A program made the translations under genes and the position numbers. The notes under the pieces are model-generated. The model saw only the letters and a list, made by a program, of their open reading frames with translations. It made no database searches and was not told the origin of the DNA. DNA of 52,078 nt, the filler included, from Catajapyx aquilonaris (lineage: Eukaryota): assembly GCA_000934665.2 (NCBI GenBank). It is 2 parts of 2 records of this genome, joined end to end, with 100 filler letters (N's around TTAATTAATTAA, not from the genome) between each part and the next. Parts side by side here need not be neighbours in the genome. Positions count along the whole stretch, not along the records: positions 26,090 to 52,078 come from JYFJ02005274.1; 1 more part is not named here. The stretch is one strand, 5' to 3'. Below are positions 45,769-52,078 of the stretch, one piece after another. Within the stretch, counting starts at the first letter, position 1; each line of letters begins with the position of its first letter.

Positions 45769-46869
45769 TCAAATTAGCAAAAGCTAAACAAAATGGCGAT
45801 AAAAACAAAATATTCCATATGTTTATTGCTGATTCCATTTTTATGAATTAATTAGGCTGTTAGTTCATTCATGCTACTTGCAGGGCAGTGACGTCCAGAA
45901 GTTCCAGTGACGTCAAGGCTTGAATTATAAAAATCATGCATTATGACGTAGTGTACAAAAGTAAGCATGTGATTAGATGGATGTGTGCTATCTGTTTTCC
46001 GTTTCCTTCATAAGCATAATAACCATAATTATCCTAGAGTCCCCTGCCACACCCTTTACTATATATTGGTCAAGAGATGGAGCCCTTGAGATACGGAGAC
46101 CTTCAGCTATGTTAACTAATTTGTTTAGGAAACATGAGAGAGCTCACTTCATGTAATGGTAATGCAGTAATTTCAACCATGCCGCTATGTATATGATTCA
46201 GATATATTTCGGGATCAGGAAGATCATTTTATGTAGAGGTGTCTGAAGCCTCATAATTGAGATAACGGGCATCCAATGCAAAGCTACCCATAACCATAAT
46301 ATGTAAAAATGTAATTTTGCATATTTTAATTTTTCTTTTTCTAGATTGGTATATTTAATTTTGTGACTTCGAATTCAAGCCCACCCGAATGTATAGTATG
46401 GGAATAAAAATGTCAAATCTCTATACAGCATGACATATAATCGCATAAGTCATGTGCACAAAAATGTCACACACATACTTAAGTTATCGTATATGAAAAT
46501 TAATATTAGCAACATGCAACAATGCAGGCCAGGGTTTGAGGTTAAGCCTCGCAAATGAGACAGCACAAGGCTGTAATTTTTTTGTCGCACACACGGTCAC
46601 ATTTGCAACTAAACTCATTTGTAGTCATACGCCCTGTTTATCATGTTTGCATGATCTCTTTCAAAAAGACCTCTGGTGATCTTCAGAGATAAAAGGCGAT
46701 TGAGACTTCACGTGTACATATACTTTCTGCACGCGCGAGGAAAACATTCATTTTTCTGGAAACTCGTAACAAAGGGCTTATGCTGATTCTGGACATAAAA
46801 GTACTGCACAGTACAGGATAAGCCTCCTCATACGATACTCGAGGGCAGGGAAACAGTAAGTCATCAGAC

Positions 46870-47715
46870 ATGCGTGTAGTAACTATTGCGACCAGTGTGC
46901 TCCTTCTGTCCACTCTTCAACTTGCTGTCCTGTCCGAAGAGGAAGAGGTAGGTGGACACTGACACCTAGACTTCAGTTATCCAGACTTAATTATAATGTT
47001 TCGTTAGGTTGATCCAGAGGCATGTATGGTACCAACGGAAATGCCCCCAGAGGCTCTGGACATTATGGATAAATGTGATGCTGAAGTGGAAAAAAGGGTA
47101 CGTTTTTACACCAATCAGTGTATTTAATTGATGACTTGATGAGCAAGATTTGCATAATTATAAAAAATAATCTGGGAAAATGTGACGCATGCGACTTGAA
47201 TTCCACGGGGCAAAACCAATATTTTAAAACTAATATATTTCATGTTCTTTTCAGTGCAAATGGCATTGCTACATTCAGAAATCTGGAGCGGTGAGTTAAA
47301 TATTTCGACATTTTTATTTTCGTCAGTGATGCCAATCCTGTCATCCTTTTTTGCGCAGGTTGATCCTGATGGCTTGCCCAATTTCCAAATGGCCATGGAG
47401 AAATTCAAGGTGGGCCCTGAGTTTGAAAAAGCTAAAATTCTGCTTGGTAAAATAGGAACAAAATGCGTTGACGCTGGTAAGTCAAAGTAATGTAGAGAAA
47501 AGTAAGTTGTACTTATGTAAATCTGTGTTCAAAAAGCGAGGAGTGCAACCCCTGTACCCGGAGAGGATATTTGTGAAGTGTGCAGAAAAATTGTCCAGTG
47601 CGTGGCCGACAAATTCTTCGAGGTAAGAAATCAGTAATGAGCGTGTATGTAAAAATATATATCGTAACTAATTAATATACACATTTTTATTCCACAGCTC
47701 TGCTTCAGCGACTAA
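46870..47715 (+). CDS. Secreted odorant-binding-protein-like protein (plus-C-like cysteine pattern, 141 aa)
   Basis: Exons 46870-46947 (signal peptide), 47008-47097, 47255-47290, 47359-47476, 47537-47622 and 47698-47715 join in frame; CKWHC (C-X3-C), VDPDG turn, C-X8-C-X8-C near the C-terminus. Confidence 0.8.
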
Positions 47716-49123
47716 CCTACTTTCTTCTAAAGGCACAATTCCAGAAATCTGTACTAAAGCATTTGCGTCATAAATTATTGTTTCATTTACATGCAAAAAT
47801 CAACATCTATGCAACATAATTACGGCCCGTATTAATTACCATTTACCTCAGAGTACAACACATACACACAAATAATTGCAATAATATTACATTCATCTGT
47901 ATATTTTGTCAAGATGAGATGCAGCATAACCAATAATATTGCTTGATGTTTAAATGACATCACGACACATTTTCATATTGACAATACAATAAAATAATTA
48001 TCAAATAAGGCAAATATCCCACAAAAATACCAACCTGGAAGTAAACTATATAGGTAATACGGTATGTAATATGATGAATTCCAGGTGCTTAAGGAATATG
48101 GTGTAATTCATATTTCTTTTCCCAACCCCTGCCCTGCCTCCTTCCATTACTGCATGATTAATTATCTGGACATAAACCAGAATCGCGTAAACACGAATAA
48201 ATCGAATGAGGATATCAATAGCACACAAAACATGTAGTTCACACAATAAAGGCGAGAGGAGTTGCTGGTTCCTGTCACATGATGAAAGGTAAGTCAAATA
48301 ATTGCAATTATTTTTACTTGTAACTTATATTCTCTTTGAATAAGTCTTTTGTAAACTGTCATAATAGAGTAGTTGATATAGCCTTAGGCAATTAAAAGCC
48401 TTTTATTTGTGCAGTACTTTATCATAAATAGCATTCATCACAATGGGTGATTTGGGTGATTCACAAGTTGACTCATCGCCTAGATACGTGTAGTTACCAT
48501 ATAGGTTTCACTTTACCTGTTCAACAATGAAAGTACAGAGTAGGTCCACTCTATAGTGGTCAGAGAGGGTGGGGCACACTTCAATGGAGGCGAGACACGT
48601 GTTGGTTATAGCACCCTGGTGGGCTTTGTCCGCGTGGTGACTCATCACCAACGTGTATAGTACCTACTTTCCCCATAGGCGTCCCTCTCGCCTTTCACGA
48701 GGACAAACGGCATTTACTTCACACTGTTAGTACAGTAAGCAAGAACCATTTTAGGGGAGAATGAACCAACCGGAAGTGGCATTATTTTGAAGCTGGTTTC
48801 AAGATCGCTGATGAGCCTCCTGATGATTTGGAAACCGCAACAGTGTATACAACAATCACAGCTACTATATTGAAACAAGCCTATACGGACTTCGAGTGAA
48901 TTTACTGTGTCGACATCTTCTATTGAAGACCTCCCCCGATTGTTATCAATAATCTAGTGGCATTGTGACCCAACTATCCTCCCAATACGCTGAGTAATAA
49001 ATACAAAAGACGTTTACCCTTTACAAAAAGAATATCTTTATGACAGTACGAATACATTCATATGGCTACGCCACTAGTAAAAAAATCGGCTGCCAATACA
49101 GAGTGCATGTGGTGTTGGTCTCA

Positions 49124-49545
49124 TCATGCGAAGCTTTCTGTCCTCTCCAGGTCTCCTCCTTTCTTGTCCCTGGCCACGGTCATGGCCTTGTTGAAGGCCA
49201 TATCCAGGGCAGCCCCTATGACCTCCAGCTGACCTTCCATCAGGCGCCGCTGGGTCTTTTCATCTCTGATGGCCTGAATCTGTTGAAAATGTTATTATAA
49301 AAATGATAAAGATGACTGTTGATTGGTTAACATACCCTCATATTATTATCCTTGGCTTTTATCTGGGCCTCCTTCAGAAGATCTGCCTCTTCATTCTGTT
49401 TCTTCTTGATCATAGCAATCCTCTCGTATTGAAAGAGCCAATTGGACAGGAAGGTGATCGGTTCACGGGGTCGCCTGACGCTCAATTCGACCAGGGCCAT
49501 CGTCAGGGGAGTTCCCAAGTTGGTCTGAATGTATTGAAAGTCCAT
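49124..49545 (-). CDS. Dpy-30 motif-containing protein (DYDC1/2-like, 121 aa; exons 49336-49545 and 49124-49279)
   Basis: MDFQYIQTNLGTPLTMALVELSVRRPREPITFLSNWL is a Dpy-30/RIIa-like docking motif followed by a coiled coil; phase-0 GT-AG intron. Confidence 0.85.
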
Positions 49546-49590
49546 CGTCAATCCCCTCCCTTCAATAGGCCTACTGTTGACAATGCAAGT

Positions 49591-49643
49591 GTTGCTTACC
49601 AACGCATGGGTCTAATTGTTATACAGCAACCTAGGTTGGCAAC
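49591..49643. promoter_or_regulatory. Cluster of X-box (RFX)-like motifs upstream of the DYDC-like gene
   Basis: GTTGCTTACCAAC (49591-49603), GTTATACAGCAAC (49618-49630), GTTGGCAAC (49635-49643). Confidence 0.5.
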
Positions 49644-49703
49644 AATGGTTTTAACTGTAACCAGGGAGCATATACTACATAAGAGGCGCAAACATTCGAT
49701 TTC

Positions 49704-49888
49704 CGCGTCTCTCTGTTTGGGGTGTTGCCAAGGCTGGCGGCCATTTTGAAGTGTGTGCAACGCCAACGAGGTATAAATAGGGCACAGGCAAAAATATTTT
49801 TGCCTGTACCTTATTTATACCTCGTTGGCGTTACCCACACTTCAAAATGGCCGCCAGCCTTGGCAACGGCTCCAAACAGAGAGACGCG
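49704..49888. mobile_element. 185-bp near-perfect palindrome (MITE-like)
   Basis: CGCGTCTCTCTGTTTGG...GGCAAAAATATTTTTGCC...CCAAACAGAGAGACGCG, with no loop at the centre. Confidence 0.8.
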
Positions 49889-51194
49889 AACATCAAAGGC
49901 GCCGACAGAATTGCATTAAAACGAGGTACTGTACCGCACATGCAGGCTTTTCAGCAAAGTGCAGTGGGATGTGCAGGAAGAGAAGACGTAATGGTATTCA
50001 AATGTTTTTCCTGCTTTTTATGAATGGTGCACCTTTATTGCATAATATGCTCGATTTTTACCAAAAATTCCTAGTTACTCTTCCTTCCCGTTCATAAAAA
50101 AAAGGGTCTGTGACTGATTGCAAGGGCGATTGCAATAGCAGACTCCTCGTATATATTTTTTCCCACACAAACTGCGGAAATACGTCACGTTCTCTGTTTC
50201 AATGAAGGGGGATTGCGCAAGGAGCGGATGTATGTGCTGCCATCAGTAGAGGAGACAAAGAAATATTTGCTAGTTTTGCATCCAGAGGGGAAGAGCCTCG
50301 AATTGCTATGTCAAAATGGCGGTAGAAAAGTGCATATTTCATATCGTATGATAGGCGCCTAATGGAGGAACATTTTTTTTGAAAGAAAAAAAAAATACAT
50401 GTGCTTGAGCTGGTCAGGTAGCCTACACATTTGCATTGTTGATGATATTCAGTTAAGCCAAATTCACTTTTTCCGCATGGAAGGAAATGGTGTAACTGTT
50501 GCCTGGAGAATGATTACATGGCAAAAATGTCTCTTATTATGAGAGGCGTCACTGCTTGTCAACATATTATTTCCTGTAGTTTTTCCACCGGGATGCCTTG
50601 TGAGCGATAAAATAAGGCAATGGCATCTGTGAGAACCTTGCAAAAGGACAAAGGTTTTACCAGATAATGTGAAGGCCACGGGATAATGAACTGTCATCAG
50701 GGTATCATGGATGTTGCGTAATAAAACAAAAATGAAATTTTCAGATATAGGGTCGAGCAATGTTTTTGCGTGACACACGCAGTTAGGTTTCTAAAAGTTT
50801 ATAAAAGAGAAGATGAGTGGGACTTTTATTTTAATGCAAACTCAGAGGGCGGTCCATTATGATTGTGTTTCTACTGGCCATATGTGCAGTCGCAGTAGTG
50901 GCCAACGTGAGTATATGCACATTTGTTTGCTTATTATCGACGTATTAGTCAATTAGCGTAAAGATATGATGCACAGGAGTGAGTACACAATCATTTTCTA
51001 GAGAATAATAATGTGAAAAATCATACCATTAAATGTTACAGGCCTATATAAGTCACTTTATGTAACTTCCAGCAAAATTAATATCAAGGCACCTCTAGTA
51101 AGAAATCTTAGTGAATATGATGAATAAATTTAACACAACTTGTCCGCATGCGTTCCTTATGAAAATAATTTATCAGCATACCATCACCTTAGAC

Positions 51195-51262
51195 CAGGGC
51201 TTCCCAGACTTTTTTCACCGCGTACCCCTTTTCAAATTTGCCAAGACAGTTTGTACCCCCAT
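51195..51262 (+). mobile_element. 5' end of a hAT/Charlie-like MITE
   Basis: CAGGGCTTCCCAGACTTTTTT...CGTACCCCT resembles hAT-Charlie termini; partner TIR not found. Confidence 0.35.
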
Positions 51263-52078
51263 TCTCATCCTACCATATTATAATACGTAGTAATATTGTG
51301 AGCACTAATTACCAGTTAGTGTGATGGGTCTGCTTGCTTGCTTCCTTGCGCACAAGTGGTCAATGTTTGGGACAAGTGACGTCAATTTGAGTCTCAAGTA
51401 AGTTAGTTTTTTTCCCCCAATCAGTCGATTCCAGTATTTTGTTTTTATGAAAAGCAGCCTGAAAGCAGCTTCAAGTAAATAGGTTGCGGTAAAATAATGG
51501 AATGAAGTGTTTCAAAGCACAGCCTGGGGCCATGCCAGGATAATCGTCAATGCCTTCCGCCCAAAAGGTGACGAGGGTTTTTATGTCCAAATTCCTGTTT
51601 TAAATATGTTTCAATCTTCTCCTTGGTCATGTATACTGGCATGTTTGGAATTGGCAATAAAAAATATCAAACTGGTTCCTTATCCAATTCATTGACGTGT
51701 CCATTTTGGGAAAATAATATTATTCCTATACTGCTGCGCCAGTTGGAGCACTAATCACTAATATCTGGGAATATATATGAGGCATTCCACGTCAAGCGGG
51801 CCACCTTCCGACAAATCTTTGAGGACCTTGACTAAAATTTAGTGACATGTACTACTCATCGACCTGTGCAGGAATCCAAATTATTATACCTCTGCGTTGC
51901 GTGGTTGCATAACCACAGGGTGTCAAAGACGCCAATTTCCGACCATTTTTTATACGTTCGCTGTCACTAAGATGGCCATATCTCCCAGAAGGTCAGGTCA
52001 AATATAACATTTGATATGTGTATTCGAAGGGTCATTTTACGCTCTATGAGATGGCCATACTCAAAATTGAAAAAGCCA

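Overview
Eukaryotic, most likely hexapod/arthropod, genomic DNA. The evidence is spliceosomal introns, an odorant-binding-protein-like gene, an EcKL kinase array, Tc1/mariner, piggyBac, hAT, Sola and CMC-type transposons, and tRNA-derived SINEs. The left half (1-26 kb) holds a minus-strand multi-exon gene encoding a helical protein reminiscent of TOPAZ1. Its introns are packed with nested, often almost fully palindromic MITEs, SINEs and decayed transposases, and the half ends at an assembly gap. The right half is gene-dense and nearly TE-free. It carries a tandem array of seven minus-strand ecdysteroid-kinase-like (EcKL/CHK) genes: one has an in-frame TAG, one has a His-to-Leu change in the Brenner motif, and only one has a coding intron. 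These are followed by a divergently transcribed 7-exon peroxisomal sarcosine/pipecolate oxidase (PIPOX, C-terminal AKL), a 6-exon plus-C-like OBP gene, and a 2-exon Dpy-30-domain (DYDC-like) gene with X-box-like promoter motifs. All calls were made by eye without database searches.
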